Shown piece after piece: positions 19,271-30,436 of a stretch of DNA of 64,000 bases. The stretch is from an uncultured Bacteroidales bacterium. Lineage in GTDB: Bacteria > Bacteroidota > Bacteroidia > Bacteroidales > UBA932. The notes beneath the pieces were generated by a model. The model was not told the origin of the DNA. It saw only the letters and a list, made by a program, of their open reading frames with translations, and did no database searches. The translations under genes were made by a program, and so were the position numbers. The stretch covers positions 2,738 to 66,737 of the forward strand of contig CALVAD010000007.1 in NCBI GenBank assembly GCA_944325495.1, written 5' to 3'. How positions within the stretch are numbered: position 1 is the stretch's first letter; every line of letters starts with the position of its first letter.

Positions 19271-21693
19271 AATGATGATATTGTGTCTTTGGAGGTTCCG
19301 GGGGTGCAGCTCCAGCTTTCGGGGTCACGGAAACCGGCGAGGAAGGCCTTGACTTCCATGCGCTTCTTGCCGGCGAGCTGCATGTCCTTGATCGAGACGG
19401 CGCCGTCGGCGGTGGCTACGGCCAGATAGGTCCTGCCGTCGGAGAGAATCTGGCCGGGAGCGCCCTTGAGGCTGACTTTCTCGGCCTTGTAGATTTTCAG
19501 CGCAAGCGGTGCTGGGGCGTTTTCTGAAACCAGTTCGGTGAATGCGGCCGGATGGGGCGCAAGCCCGCGTATGAGGTTGCAGATTGCGGCGCTGCTGTCG
19601 TTCCAGTCGATGCGGCACAATTCCCTGGTGAGCTTGGGAGCGGGCTTGAGCACTTCGGCTCCTTGGATGAACGAGCGCTGGACGCGTATCTCGACATTGT
19701 GCTGTATCAGGGCTTCGACGGTCTGGACAACGAGCTCGGAGCCCGCTTCGGCGAGTTTGTCGTGCAGGCTGCCCGCGTCGTCGTCAGGGTCGATGCGGCA
19801 TTCCTGGCGGAAGATTATGCCTCCGGTGTCGATGTTCCTGTCGATCATGAAGGTGGTGACTCCTGTCATCTTCTCGCCGTTTATCAGCGCCCAGTTGATG
19901 GGGGCCGCTCCGCGGTACTGCGGCAGCAGCGCGGCGTGGAGGTTGAAGGTTCCGAGCCTGGGGATGCTCCATACCTCCTCGGGCAGCATCCTGAACGCCA
20001 CCACGACGAACATGTCGGGCTTCCATGCCTTGAGCGCGGCGAGGAATTCCGGGTCCTTGAGCTTCAGCGGCTGCAGAACGGGTATCCCGTGCTCCACGGC
20101 GTATTTCTTGACGGCGCTCTCGCTGGTCCTGAGCCCGCGTCCACTCTGCTTGTCGGCCACGGTCACGACGCCGACCACCTTGTAGCCGTTCCTCATGAGC
20201 GCGTCGAGCGGCCCTACGGCGAATTCGGGGGTGCCCATGTAGACTATGCGCACGGGACGGAAGAAGCGGGACACCTTGCTCTTGGTCCTGCGCCACCATA
20301 TCTTGAACTGGTCCATGTTGAAGATTTCGGAATCGTTGATGGCCTTCCATGTGAGGAAAGCTCCTATGGGAATCAGAATATAGGCGGAGATGAACGCCCC
20401 GGTGGACGCGTCTATGGCGCCGTCCCTTGCCAGCTTCGTGCCGGAGATGTCTATGACCCAGTACAGCACGAAGAAGAGCACCGAGATTATCGCGCTGGTG
20501 CCGAGTCCGCCCTTGCGTATCAGCGAGCCCAGCGGCGCGCCTATGAAGAAGAGGATGAAGCAGGCGAGGGCCTGCGCGAACTTCTTGAGAAGCTCGATGT
20601 CGGTGTGCCTGATGTAGAAGTTCTGCTCGAAGACATTGAACTTCATGTTGCTCACCTCCGAACTGAACTGCGTGCCTTTCTCGGACGCCCGCTGGTAGGC
20701 TTCGTATCTGAGGCGGGGGTCATCCCACTGCATGAAGCGCGGGCTGCTGAACATTTCCCGGTGCGGGTTGCGCACGGCGGTGTCGAGCTGGCTGCTTTCG
20801 AGCATGTTGCGCATGCGCCGTATCGCGGAGTAGTTCTGTACGTTCATCGAGTCCACGTAGTGGTGCAGCGAGTCGCTCTGATGCTTGAGCTGCGCGGTGC
20901 TCATCGACTTCGCCTGGTCGCCGAAGCGGCTTGAGTCGGATTTCTCGAAGCTGTAGTTGTCGAGCGGGATTATCAGCTCCTGCCGGTCGAAGTTGACGTG
21001 CTGGAGCACGAGGCTCGTGTCGGCGTAGCGGACGGTGTTGTCCTCCTTGTAGTTGGAGCCGTTGAACAGGGTGAAGATGAGGTAGTCCTTGTTCTTCGAC
21101 ATCCTGATCAGCGAGGAGTCGGCTATGGTCACCGAGGTGTTGCCCTTGTTGCCGGTGTGGTCGTAGACCATTACCCCGTAGAGCATGTCGGTCTTCTTGT
21201 CCTGCCGCTCGACCCTGAGCACATAGCCGTCGATGCCGTCGTAGAAGGTCCCGGAGGGGATCTTGATTTCGTTCTTGGTGCGGCCGATGTCGTCCCTCAG
21301 CGTGAATATCTGGTTGTAGGCTTCGGGCACCAGTCTGTCGCCTATGAAGTATGCGCCCACGGCAATCAGGAAGGCGGCCGCGATCAGCGGGGAGATTATG
21401 CGGGAGAAGGATACGCCCGCGGCCTTGATGGCGAGGAGCTCGTTGTTCTCGGCCATCTGTCCGACCACCATCATCGAGGCCAGCAGCGTGGCGAGGGGCA
21501 TCGCGAGGGGCAGTATCGTGAACACGCCCCACATCAGGAACTCGAGTATGACCCCGAGACCCAGACCCTTGCCCACCAGCTCGTCGATGTAGAGCCAGAG
21601 GAACTGCATCATCAGGATGAAGATTACGACCAGCAGGATCGCGACGAATGGTCCGATAAAGGCTTTCAGTATGAAACGGTCGAGTCTCTTCAT
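19249..21693 (-). CDS. fmt: In-frame fusion of LptF/LptG family LPS export permease and methionyl-tRNA formyltransferase
   Basis: N-part: MKRLDRFIL, PLATLLAS, ELLAIKAAGVS, IGAPLG..IRKGG; C-part from ~20250: RIVYMGTPEFA, NLHAALLPQYRGAAPINWA, IDTG, GKKRM. Confidence 0.9.
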   Translation of the reverse strand: MKRLDRFILKAFIGPFVAILLVVIFILMMQFLWLYIDELVGKGLGLGVILEFLMWGVFTILPLAMPLATLLASMMVVGQMAENNELLAIKAAGVSFSRIISPLIAAAFLIAVGAYFIGDRLVPEAYNQIFTLRDDIGRTKNEIKIPSGTFYDGIDGYVLRVERQDKKTDMLYGVMVYDHTGNKGNTSVTIADSSLIRMSKNKDYLIFTLFNGSNYKEDNTVRYADTSLVLQHVNFDRQELIIPLDNYSFEKSDSSRFGDQAKSMSTAQLKHQSDSLHHYVDSMNVQNYSAIRRMRNMLESSQLDTAVRNPHREMFSSPRFMQWDDPRLRYEAYQRASEKGTQFSSEVSNMKFNVFEQNFYIRHTDIELLKKFAQALACFILFFIGAPLGSLIRKGGLGTSAIISVLFFVLYWVIDISGTKLARDGAIDASTGAFISAYILIPIGAFLTWKAINDSEIFNMDQFKIWWRRTKSKVSRFFRPVRIVYMGTPEFAVGPLDALMRNGYKVVGVVTVADKQSGRGLRTSESAVKKYAVEHGIPVLQPLKLKDPEFLAALKAWKPDMFVVVAFRMLPEEVWSIPRLGTFNLHAALLPQYRGAAPINWALINGEKMTGVTTFMIDRNIDTGGIIFRQECRIDPDDDAGSLHDKLAEAGSELVVQTVEALIQHNVEIRVQRSFIQGAEVLKPAPKLTRELCRIDWNDSSAAICNLIRGLAPHPAAFTELVSENAPAPLALKIYKAEKVSLKGAPGQILSDGRTYLAVATADGAVSIKDMQLAGKKRMEVKAFLAGFRDPESWSCTPGTSKDTISSLCCAKSG

Positions 21694-21729
21694 TCACAAT
21701 GCGTTTTTGGGGCCCGCAGCCGGTGTGTG

Positions 21730-24372
21730 CTAAGCTGCGGCCGCGGTCTCGGCAAGCGCCGCGAGAGCCTGTTCGAGCCCGTCAGGGTTCTTTCCTCCGG
21801 CGGTCGCGAGTCCGGGCTGTCCTCCGCCTCCGCCCTGGATGAACCTGGCGGCGTCGCGGATGTCCTTGCCGGCGTTCTTCCCCCTCGCCACGAGGTCGTC
21901 GGAATACATGAGCAGCAGCTGGGGCTTGCCGTCGCTGAGGTAGGCCGCGGCGAGCGCGGTGTTCTTCAGGCTCTTCTGGAGTATGAGGGCGGCGTTGCGC
22001 ATCATCGCGGGATTCACGTCCCTCCCGGGCACTATTCCGGGAATGATCAGCTTGATGCCGTTGACCTCCTTGGCCTGCGCTTCGAGCATCCTGGCCATCT
22101 CGGCGGCCTTCTGCTTCTGGAATTCCTCGGCCTGCTTCTTGAAGTTGGCGTTGTCCTCTATAAGCTTGGCTATCGCTCCGGCGAGATCGGGCACGTTGTT
22201 GAAGAACGAGCGGGCCGTCTTGAGCATGTTCTGCATTCCGTAGACGAACTGCTCGGCTTCGGCGCCGGTGACAGCCTCGATACGGCGTATTCCTGCGGCT
22301 ATCGCCGACTCGCTGATGATCTTGAAGAGTCCGATGTTGCCGGTGGCGGAGGTGTGGCAGCCGCCGCAGAGCTCGACGCTGGGGCCGAACCTGACCACCC
22401 TGACGCGGTCGCCGTATTTCTCGCCGAACAGGGCTATCGCGCCCATGCCGCGGGCCTCCTCCATGGTGGCGTCGCGCTTTTCCTCAAGCGGCAGGTTCTC
22501 GCGGATGAGTTCGTTGACCCTGCGCTCGACCTGCATGAGCTGCTCGTCGGAGAGCTTCTCGAAATGCGAGAAGTCGAAGCGGAAGTTCTTGTCGCACACG
22601 AAGGAGCCTTTCTGCTCCACATGCTCGCCGAGAATCTCGCGCAGGGCGCGGTCGAGCAGGTGCGTGCAGCTGTGGTTGCAGGCTATGCGTGCGCGGCGCG
22701 CGGCGTCGACCCTGAGGGTGAAGCGTCCGTCGCAGTTCTGCGGAAGCCTTTCCGCGATATGTATGGTGAGGTCGTTCTCCTTTATCGTGTTGAGTATGCG
22801 GATCTCCTCTCCGTCCTCGGATACCAGCGCTCCGCTGTCGCCGACCTCGCCTCCCATCTCGCCGTAGAATGGCGTGCGGTCGAACACGAGCTGGAGCATC
22901 TCCTTGTTCTTCTGGACCACGGTCCTCTGCTTGAGCAGCAGGGCGCCGGAGGTCTCGGTTCCGTCATATCCGGTGAACTCCACGTCCTCGCCCTGATGGT
23001 AGACGGTCCAGTCGCCGAAGCTGTTGGCCGTGGCGTTGCGGGCCCTCTCCTTCTGCTTGCCGAGTTCGACGTTGAAGCTGTCGATGTCGACCTTGTAGCC
23101 GTTCTCGGCCGCGATCAGCTCGGTGAGGTCGATGGGGAAGCCGTAGGTGTCGTAGAGCTTGAAGGCGTCCTCTCCGGAGATCGTCCTGCTGTCGGCCGAA
23201 CGCGCGAGGCATTCGTCGAGCAGCTTGATTCCGCGGTCGAGGGTGCGCAGGAAGGCCATCTCCTCCTCGCGCAGCACGTTCTCGATGAGTTTCTGCTGCC
23301 TGGCGAGCTCGGGGTAGGCGGCCCCCATGTCGTGTACGAGCTGGCCGACGAGGCGGCAGAGGAAGGGCTCGGTGAGCCCGAGGAAGGTGTAGCCGTAGCG
23401 CACCGCGCGGCGCAGGATGCGGCGTATCACATAACCCGCCTTGACGTTGGAGGGCAGCTGGCCGTCGGCGATGCTGAAGCTGATGGCCCTGATGTGGTCG
23501 GCTATCACGCGCATTGCCACGTCCGTCTTCTCGCTTTCGCCGTAGCGGTGGCCGGAAATCTCGCCTATTTTGGCGAGCATGCCGCTGAACACGTCGGTGT
23601 CGTAGTTGCTGCGCTTGTTCTGGAGTACGGCGCAGAGGCGCTCGAAGCCCATTCCGGTGTCGATGTTCTTTGCGGGAAGCGGTTCCAGATGGCCGTCGGC
23701 CATGCGCTGGTACTGCATGAACACGAGGTTCCATATCTCGATCACATGCGGGTCGGACTTGTTGACGAGCTCGCGCCCGGGGATGCCGCTGGCGGCCTTC
23801 TCCTCGTCGGAGCGGATGTCGATGTGTATCTCGGAGCAGGGGCCGCAGGGGCCGGTGTCGCCCATTTCCCAGAAGTTGTCGTGCTTGTTGCCCAGCAGGA
23901 TGTGGTCTTCGGGAAGATGCTTGCGCCAGGCTTCGCGGGCTTCCTCGTCAAGTCCGGTGCCGTCCTCGGCCGAGCCTTCGAACACTGTGGCGTAGAGCAG
24001 TGACTTGTCGATGCCGTAGACTTCGGTGAGCAGCTCCCACGCCCAGTCTATGGCTTCGGTCTTGAAGTAGTCGCCGAAGCTCCAGTTGCCGAGCATCTCG
24101 AACATCGTGTGGTGGTAGGTATCGTGGCCGACTTCTTCGAGGTCGTTGTGCTTTCCGCTGACCCTCAGGCATTTCTGGGAGTCGGTGGCGCGCCTGTAGG
24201 GTGCTGTCGCGTTGCCGAGGAAGATGTCCTTGAACTGGTTCATCCCGGCGTTGGTGAACATCAGCGTGGGGTCGTTCTTCACGACCATGGGCGCCGACGG
24301 CACCACGGTGTGCCCCTTCGAGGCGAAGAAGTCTAAGAATTTCTGTCTGATTTCGTTGGAAGTCATAGTCAT
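21730..24372 (-). CDS. alaS: Alanine--tRNA ligase (start 24372 or 24366)
   Basis: [33 protein letters not shown], editing HxxxH and ELCGGCH, GGGG C-terminus. Confidence 0.98.
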   Translation of the reverse strand: MTMTSNEIRQKFLDFFASKGHTVVPSAPMVVKNDPTLMFTNAGMNQFKDIFLGNATAPYRRATDSQKCLRVSGKHNDLEEVGHDTYHHTMFEMLGNWSFGDYFKTEAIDWAWELLTEVYGIDKSLLYATVFEGSAEDGTGLDEEAREAWRKHLPEDHILLGNKHDNFWEMGDTGPCGPCSEIHIDIRSDEEKAASGIPGRELVNKSDPHVIEIWNLVFMQYQRMADGHLEPLPAKNIDTGMGFERLCAVLQNKRSNYDTDVFSGMLAKIGEISGHRYGESEKTDVAMRVIADHIRAISFSIADGQLPSNVKAGYVIRRILRRAVRYGYTFLGLTEPFLCRLVGQLVHDMGAAYPELARQQKLIENVLREEEMAFLRTLDRGIKLLDECLARSADSRTISGEDAFKLYDTYGFPIDLTELIAAENGYKVDIDSFNVELGKQKERARNATANSFGDWTVYHQGEDVEFTGYDGTETSGALLLKQRTVVQKNKEMLQLVFDRTPFYGEMGGEVGDSGALVSEDGEEIRILNTIKENDLTIHIAERLPQNCDGRFTLRVDAARRARIACNHSCTHLLDRALREILGEHVEQKGSFVCDKNFRFDFSHFEKLSDEQLMQVERRVNELIRENLPLEEKRDATMEEARGMGAIALFGEKYGDRVRVVRFGPSVELCGGCHTSATGNIGLFKIISESAIAAGIRRIEAVTGAEAEQFVYGMQNMLKTARSFFNNVPDLAGAIAKLIEDNANFKKQAEEFQKQKAAEMARMLEAQAKEVNGIKLIIPGIVPGRDVNPAMMRNAALILQKSLKNTALAAAYLSDGKPQLLLMYSDDLVARGKNAGKDIRDAARFIQGGGGGQPGLATAGGKNPDGLEQALAALAETAAAA

Positions 24373-24390
24373 GAATATGTAAACGAACCG

Positions 24391-24418
24391 CAAAATTACA
24401 GAAAAATCAGTATTTTTG
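24391..24418. promoter_or_regulatory. Back-to-back -7 promoter boxes for alaS and the M23 operon
   Basis: CAAAATTA 24391-24398 (TAATTTTG on minus) and TATTTTTG 24411-24418 on plus. Confidence 0.65.
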
Positions 24419-24425
24419 CACGGAT

Positions 24426-25454
24426 ATGGCGAAATATGTGTTCAATCCGGAGACGCTGAACTATGACATCCCTGCCGCCCCCAGGTTCCTGAAGCCTCTG
24501 CGCGCCGCGCTGCTCATCCTGGCCGGCATAGGGCTGGTGGTGCTGTATTTCTGGATATACATCTCCGTCCTCGGCCTCGACCTGCCCAAGACCGCGTATC
24601 TGAAGCGCCGTCACGCCAGGCTGGAGGCCGCGATGAACGTGCTGAACATGGAGCTCGACAGGAGCGAGCGGGCCCTCTACGGCATAGAGAGCCGCGACGA
24701 CGACGTGTACCGCTCCATCTACGGACTTTCGCCGGTCCCGGAGGCTGTCAAGGGCTCGGGGCTCGAAGGCGTGAACCGCTACGCCGAGCTGGAGCGCCTG
24801 GGGGCCAATTCGGTGCTGAAGCGCACGGTTCTGCGCACTGACGCGCTGATGAAGAGGGTGTATGTGAACAGCAAGTCCCTCGACGAGGTCTCGCAGGTCG
24901 CAAGGGAGTCGGGCGACATGATGTCCTGCGTGCCCAATGTCCCGCCGATACTGCCGCAGCCGGGGACCTTCTATCTTTCGAGCCGCTTCGGATACAGGAC
25001 CGACCCCATCTACGGGGACAGCCGCCGCCATCAGGGCCAGGACTTCGCCTCCACGATAGGCAACCCCGTCTATGCGACCGGCGACGCCGTGGTGGAGAAG
25101 ACGACCTTCCAGTACCGCGGCTACGGCAACGAGATACTGCTCGACCACGGCTACGGCTATCAGACCCGCTACGCCCACCTCAACACCATAGAGGTGGCCG
25201 AGGGCATGAAGATCCACAGGGGCGACCGCATAGGCACGGTCGGCAACACCGGCAAGTCCACGGGGCCGCACCTGCATTACGAGGTCATCTACATGGGAGG
25301 CCGCGTCAATCCCATGAACTACATGGACATAAACATGCCGGTCGAGGAATACCGGGCCATGGTGGACCGCCGCCGCGAGGAATATGCCGGCGAGCGTACC
25401 GCGAGCACCATGGAGCTGCTGCGCAGAGGGAGGGCTGAAGATGGCGGCAGGTGA
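24426..25454 (+). CDS. M23 family metallopeptidase
   Basis: N-terminal TM; HQGQD and GPHLHYEV zinc motifs. Confidence 0.93.
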   Translation: MAKYVFNPETLNYDIPAAPRFLKPLRAALLILAGIGLVVLYFWIYISVLGLDLPKTAYLKRRHARLEAAMNVLNMELDRSERALYGIESRDDDVYRSIYGLSPVPEAVKGSGLEGVNRYAELERLGANSVLKRTVLRTDALMKRVYVNSKSLDEVSQVARESGDMMSCVPNVPPILPQPGTFYLSSRFGYRTDPIYGDSRRHQGQDFASTIGNPVYATGDAVVEKTTFQYRGYGNEILLDHGYGYQTRYAHLNTIEVAEGMKIHRGDRIGTVGNTGKSTGPHLHYEVIYMGGRVNPMNYMDINMPVEEYRAMVDRRREEYAGERTASTMELLRRGRAEDGGR

Positions 25455-26412
25455 CAGGCGGGGCGGCCGCAAGGTCATGGAGTTCGACAGCCGCAGCTTC
25501 CGCTTCGGCAAGGTCCGGCGCAATGTCGGCCGCGCGCTGTCGTATGCCGCGGGCTATATTCTGCTGACGCTGCTGGCGGCGGTGCTGGTGTATGTCGTGT
25601 TCGCCCTGTTCTTCAGGACCGACACCGAAAGGGAGCTCAGGCGCGAGATACGCATGTACGAGAGGCTGTACCCCGAGCTGGCCCCGAGGGCCGAGCTGAT
25701 AAGGGACGCCGTGGCCGGCCTGCAGCACAAGGACAACGAGATATACGAACTGGTCTTCCATACGGACGCGCCCGACGTGGACCCCACCGGCAGGCTGAAC
25801 TTCCTCTACGCGAGCGACACCATCCCCGACGAGGAGCTGGCCGTCTATGCGAGGGACAAGGCGGACAGCCTGCTGTCCGAGGCGGCGTCGGTGGAAGCCG
25901 CGTTCGGCAGGATATTCGCCTCCCTGTCCGACACGGCCCTCGTGCGTCCGCCGATGAACCTGCCGCTCAAGGACATATCCTTCCCTCAGATCGGGGCGTC
26001 GACGGGCAGCCGGCTCGACCCTTTCTTCAAGGCCTATGTGTGGCATGAGGGCCTGGACTTCATCGTGCTGCGCGGGACTCCGGTGTTCGCGTCGGCCGAC
26101 GGCACGGTCACCGAGTCCGCTTCGAGCAGGAAGTACGGGAACACGGTGGAGATAGCCCACGAAGGCGGCTACGTGAGCGTGTACGCCCATCTGGAAAGCC
26201 GCAGCGTGCGCCGGGGGCAGACGGTCAGGGCGGGGCAGCAGATAGGCACGGTCGGCATGAGCGGACGCTCATTCGCGCCGCATCTGCACTACGAGCTGCG
26301 TCTCGACGGGCGCTCTCTCGACCCCGTGAACTATTTCTTCGCCACGGTGACCCCCGCCGAGTATGCCAACATGCTCTACATGTCGGCGAACACCACGCAG
26401 TCCATGGATTGA
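25441..26412 (+). CDS. M23 family metallopeptidase (second paralog)
   Basis: N-terminal TM; HEGLD and APHLHYEL motifs. Confidence 0.92.
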   Translation: MAAGDRRGGRKVMEFDSRSFRFGKVRRNVGRALSYAAGYILLTLLAAVLVYVVFALFFRTDTERELRREIRMYERLYPELAPRAELIRDAVAGLQHKDNEIYELVFHTDAPDVDPTGRLNFLYASDTIPDEELAVYARDKADSLLSEAASVEAAFGRIFASLSDTALVRPPMNLPLKDISFPQIGASTGSRLDPFFKAYVWHEGLDFIVLRGTPVFASADGTVTESASSRKYGNTVEIAHEGGYVSVYAHLESRSVRRGQTVRAGQQIGTVGMSGRSFAPHLHYELRLDGRSLDPVNYFFATVTPAEYANMLYMSANTTQSMD

Positions 26413-26417
26413 AACTT

Positions 26418-26735
26418 ATGGAGAAGATATACTGGACAATAGGCGAGGTTGCGGCCATGCTCGGGGAGACGGTCCCGCTGGTCCGCTCGTGGGCCCGCGA
26501 GTTCTCCTCGTTCGTGAAGCCGCGGCGCAACGCCAAGGGCAACCGCATGTTCACGGCCCCGGATGTCGAGGCCATGAAGCAGATACACTATCTGGTCAGA
26601 GTCAAGGGCATGACCCTGAAGGGCGCCAGGCTGCAGCTGGAGACGGACAGGACGGCCGCGGAGAACCGGGTGAAGGTCCTGGAATGCCTGAAAAACATCC
26701 GTTTGCGCCTCGAAGAAATCAAAAAAAATTCCTAA
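26418..26735 (+). CDS. MerR family transcriptional regulator
   Basis: YWTIGEVA...LVRSW...RNAKGNRMF...GMTLKGA. Confidence 0.9.
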   Translation: MEKIYWTIGEVAAMLGETVPLVRSWAREFSSFVKPRRNAKGNRMFTAPDVEAMKQIHYLVRVKGMTLKGARLQLETDRTAAENRVKVLECLKNIRLRLEEIKKNS

Positions 26736-26794
26736 CTTTGCGGTTCGCGTTCACCGGCCGAATGCGACATGCTTGAATAAACATTCTATAGAAT

Positions 26795-27628
26795 ATGGCT
26801 ACTACCAAGAAAACGACCAAGGTCGTGACCCCCGTCGACGAGCGGGAGACCTTTGTGTCGCTGCAGAAGAACTTTGCAGAGAGCGAACAGGTCGCTCAGG
26901 AGAAACTGAAGACTCTCTACGAACTTCAGGCAACCGACATGGAAATCGACAAGCTCGTGCAGCTCAGGGGAGAGCTTCCCGAGGAGGTCGCGGAGCTTGA
27001 GGGCGAGCTCGACAGGCAGAAGGCGAAGTACGCCCGTACGGAGCAGATGATAGAAGGCTACAACCAGAACATCGAGGACGCGAAGCGCCAGATAGCCGAA
27101 CTGGAGGAGGAGATGGAGAAGTACCGCAGCCAGCTTGGCAACATAACCAACAGCCGCGAATACGATTCCATCAACAAGGAGCTCGAGAACCAGGGCCTGC
27201 TGAAGGCCATCGCCGAGAAGAACATCGGCGAGGCGCGCGCCGCCATCGAGGACTGCAAGGCTGACTTGGACAGGATCAACGACGCCATCACCATACGCGA
27301 GTCCGACCTCGAGGCCAAGAAGCAGGAGCTTGCCGGCATAGTGGAGTCGACGGCCAAGGAGGAGAGCGCCCTTGAGGAGAAGCGCAAGGCCTTCACCTCC
27401 AAGCTCGACGAGAGGACGCTCAGCGCCTACGAGCGCATACGCAACAGCACCCACAACCACCTTGCGGTAGTGACCCTCTTCCCTAAGAACGACGACGGCG
27501 CCTACGGCGACGCCTGCGGAGGCTGCTTCCATACCATCACGCCCCAGAGGCTCATCGACATCGCATCCGGAAAGAAGCTCGTTATCTGCGAGCATTGCGG
27601 AAGGATCATCGTCAATCCAGACATCTAG
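26795..27628 (+). CDS. Coiled-coil protein with C4-type zinc ribbon
   Basis: Long coiled coil then ACGGC and ICEHCGRI; TAACTTTG promoter box at 26733-26740. Confidence 0.9.
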   Translation: MATTKKTTKVVTPVDERETFVSLQKNFAESEQVAQEKLKTLYELQATDMEIDKLVQLRGELPEEVAELEGELDRQKAKYARTEQMIEGYNQNIEDAKRQIAELEEEMEKYRSQLGNITNSREYDSINKELENQGLLKAIAEKNIGEARAAIEDCKADLDRINDAITIRESDLEAKKQELAGIVESTAKEESALEEKRKAFTSKLDERTLSAYERIRNSTHNHLAVVTLFPKNDDGAYGDACGGCFHTITPQRLIDIASGKKLVICEHCGRIIVNPDI

Positions 27629-27631
27629 CCG

Positions 27632-29098
27632 ATGCCGGTCCAGAAGACAAGAAGCTCCAGGAAGAAAGACCAGCAGGCCGACCTTGAGACGATAGGTCTC
27701 GAGATGGGCAACAAGCCGCCCCAGGCTCCCGACGTCGAGGAAGCCGTGCTGGGCGCCATGCTGCTCGAGCCCATGTGCGTCGACCAGGCCATGGAGGAGC
27801 TGACCGTCTCCTGTTTCTACGACCCGAGGCACAAGATGATTTACGAGGCGATGTCCGCCCTCGTGAACGAACACACCTCGGTGGACATCGTGACCGTGAC
27901 CGCCAAGCTCAAGGCTTTGGGAAACCTTGAGGCGGTGGGCGGAGCCGTGACCCTGGCCAACCTTTCGGAGAAGGTCGGCTCCGTCGCGCATATCGAGTAC
28001 TACATCAAGATACTCAAGCAGAAGACCATACAGCGCGACCTGATCACCGCGTCCTACGACATTCTCCGCGACTCCTACGACGAGTCCGTGAAGGTCGACG
28101 ACCTGATAGACAAGGCCCAGACGCGCATCTTCGACGCCATCCAGACCAATGTGCGCAACGAGGTGCAGGACATAGGCAGCGCGATCAACAGCGCCATGAA
28201 GCGCATAGAGGAGATGCAGAACTGCGGCGGACTCAGCGGAGTGCCGTCCGGTTTCGTGAGCATCGACAGGATAACGATGGGCTGGCAGCCTTCGGACCTC
28301 ATCATCCTTGCGGCCCGCCCTTCGGTCGGAAAGACGGCCTTCTCGCTGAACATCGCGCGCAACGCCGCCGTGGACCATCACATGCCGGTCGCGTTCTTCT
28401 CGCTCGAAATGCCCGTGATACAGCTCGCGACGAGGCTCATGATAGCCGAGTCGGGTCTTGACGCCGACAAGATAAAGGGCGGCGCGAAACTCGAAAGCTA
28501 CGAGTGGGAGCAGCTGGAATACATGATACGCGACCTGTCGAAGGCTCCGCTGTATATCGACGACACTCCGAGCCTTCCCATAATGGAGTTCCGCACCAAG
28601 GCCAAGAACCTCGTGAAGAACAAGGGCGTCAGGCTCATCATCGTGGACTACCTCCAGCTGATGCAGGGTCCTCCGGAGCTGCGCGGAATGCGCGAGCAGG
28701 AGGTCGCGGCGATATCCCGCACCCTCAAGGCCACGGCCAAGGAGCTGAATGTGCCGATAATCGCCCTCTCGCAGCTCAGGCGCATGGCCGAGAGCCGCAT
28801 GGGAGGCGGAGGCAAGCCCCAGCTTTCGGACCTCCGCGAATCGGGCTCGATAGAGCAGGACGCCGATCTCGTGATCTTCATCCACAGACCGGACTTCGTC
28901 GGGCTCAGCGAAAGCGAGGAGGAGAAGGAGAAGACCCAGATAATCATAGCCAAGCACCGCAACGGACAGACCACCGAGATTCCGATGCGCTTCAAGGGCG
29001 GCCAGGTCAGGTTCGTAGAGGACGACGACACTCTTGACATGCGCGCCGCGAACATGCCGGTGGAGTCCGCGATGAACAGGAACAATGAGTTCGAATAG
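27632..29098 (+). CDS. dnaB: Replicative DNA helicase
   Basis: ARPSVGKT, FFSLEM, IVDYLQLM, SDLRESGSIEQDAD, AKHRNG. Confidence 0.98.
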   Translation: MPVQKTRSSRKKDQQADLETIGLEMGNKPPQAPDVEEAVLGAMLLEPMCVDQAMEELTVSCFYDPRHKMIYEAMSALVNEHTSVDIVTVTAKLKALGNLEAVGGAVTLANLSEKVGSVAHIEYYIKILKQKTIQRDLITASYDILRDSYDESVKVDDLIDKAQTRIFDAIQTNVRNEVQDIGSAINSAMKRIEEMQNCGGLSGVPSGFVSIDRITMGWQPSDLIILAARPSVGKTAFSLNIARNAAVDHHMPVAFFSLEMPVIQLATRLMIAESGLDADKIKGGAKLESYEWEQLEYMIRDLSKAPLYIDDTPSLPIMEFRTKAKNLVKNKGVRLIIVDYLQLMQGPPELRGMREQEVAAISRTLKATAKELNVPIIALSQLRRMAESRMGGGGKPQLSDLRESGSIEQDADLVIFIHRPDFVGLSESEEEKEKTQIIIAKHRNGQTTEIPMRFKGGQVRFVEDDDTLDMRAANMPVESAMNRNNEFE

Positions 29099-29504
29099 CG
29101 AAATATCACACAGGGGCAGGGTCGTCAGCGTGACTCCGGAGTTCACGACGGTGGAGATAGTCTCCGAATCGGCGTGCTCCGCGTGCCATGCCAAGGGCTT
29201 CTGTTCGCTCGGCGAGTCCAAGCTGAAGCGGGTGGAAGTCCCCACTTCGGGGTGGTCCGGCCTCAAGCCCGGCGACGAGGTGGAAGTCGTCCTGAAGGCC
29301 TCGATGGGGCACAGGGCGGTGCTGTTCGCATATCTGCTGCCTCTGGTCGTCCTGGTGGCCGTGCTGCTTGCGGTCGTCGCCGCCGGACTTTCCGAACTCC
29401 ATGCCGGTCTTGCCGCCCTTGCGGCCGTGGCCGTGTATTATTTCTGCCTGTGGCTCATGCGAGGCAGACTAAGGAAGGAATATATATTTAATATCAAGAA
29501 ATAA
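29085..29504 (+). CDS. RseC/MucC family protein
   Basis: SACSACHAKGFC motif plus two TMs, directly before rnfB. Confidence 0.88.
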   Translation: MSSNSEISHRGRVVSVTPEFTTVEIVSESACSACHAKGFCSLGESKLKRVEVPTSGWSGLKPGDEVEVVLKASMGHRAVLFAYLLPLVVLVAVLLAVVAAGLSELHAGLAALAAVAVYYFCLWLMRGRLRKEYIFNIKK

Positions 29505-30436
29505 TGACAAACACTGTTATCCTGACCATCGTGATTCTCACGCTCGTCGGTCTGATCCTGGCGCTTGTCCTCTTCTGGGTGGCCAAGAAGTTCAGGGTCG
29601 AGGAGGACCCCCGCGTGGATGAGGTGGAGAAGGTGATGCCCGGCGCGAACTGCGGCGGATGCGGATTCGCCGGCTGCCGGGCTTTTGCCGATGCGGCGGT
29701 GAAGGCGCCGAATCTCGACAGCATGTTCTGTCCTGTCGGAGGCAACGACGTAATGAAGAAGGTCGCGGCCATTCTCGGCTACGAAGTCAAGGAGAAGGCG
29801 CCCAGGGTGGCCGTGGTGCGCTGCAACGGCACCTGTGCCAACAGACCGCGCACCAATGTCTATGACGGGGTGCAGTCGTGCAAGGTGAAGGCCGCGCTCT
29901 ACAGCGGCGACACCGGATGCTCCTACGGCTGCGTGGGTTGCGGCGACTGCGTGGCGGCCTGCCAGTTCGGGGCGCTCTCGATGGATCCCGAGACCGGGCT
30001 GCCCGTGGTCGACGAAAGCAAGTGCACCGCATGCGGCGCGTGCGTGAAGGCCTGCCCCAAGGGCGTGATAGAACTGCGCAACAAGGGACCGCGCTCGATG
30101 CGCGTCTTCGTCAGCTGCGTCAACCAGGACAAGGGCGGCGTGGCGCGCAAGGCCTGCTCGGCAGCCTGCATAGGCTGCGGCAAGTGTGCCAAGGTATGCC
30201 CCCACGGCGCGATCACGGTCGAGAACAATCTCGCGTACATTGATTTCACGAAGTGCAAGCTCTGCAAGAAGTGCGTGGCCGAGTGCCCGACGGGGGCTAT
30301 CCACGCGGTGAACTTCCCGGTGCTTCCGGCGAAGCCCGCGGCGCCCAAAGCCGCTCCTGCCGCGAAACCTGCTGCGACTGACGCCACACCCGCCGCAGAG
30401 CGGACAGACAAGAAGAAGGAGGCTGCAAATGAGTAA
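29504..30436 (+). CDS. rnfB: Rnf electron transport complex subunit B
   Basis: N-terminal TM, PGANCGGCGFAGC, several 4Fe-4S motifs. Confidence 0.95.
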   Translation: MTNTVILTIVILTLVGLILALVLFWVAKKFRVEEDPRVDEVEKVMPGANCGGCGFAGCRAFADAAVKAPNLDSMFCPVGGNDVMKKVAAILGYEVKEKAPRVAVVRCNGTCANRPRTNVYDGVQSCKVKAALYSGDTGCSYGCVGCGDCVAACQFGALSMDPETGLPVVDESKCTACGACVKACPKGVIELRNKGPRSMRVFVSCVNQDKGGVARKACSAACIGCGKCAKVCPHGAITVENNLAYIDFTKCKLCKKCVAECPTGAIHAVNFPVLPAKPAAPKAAPAAKPAATDATPAAERTDKKKEAANE

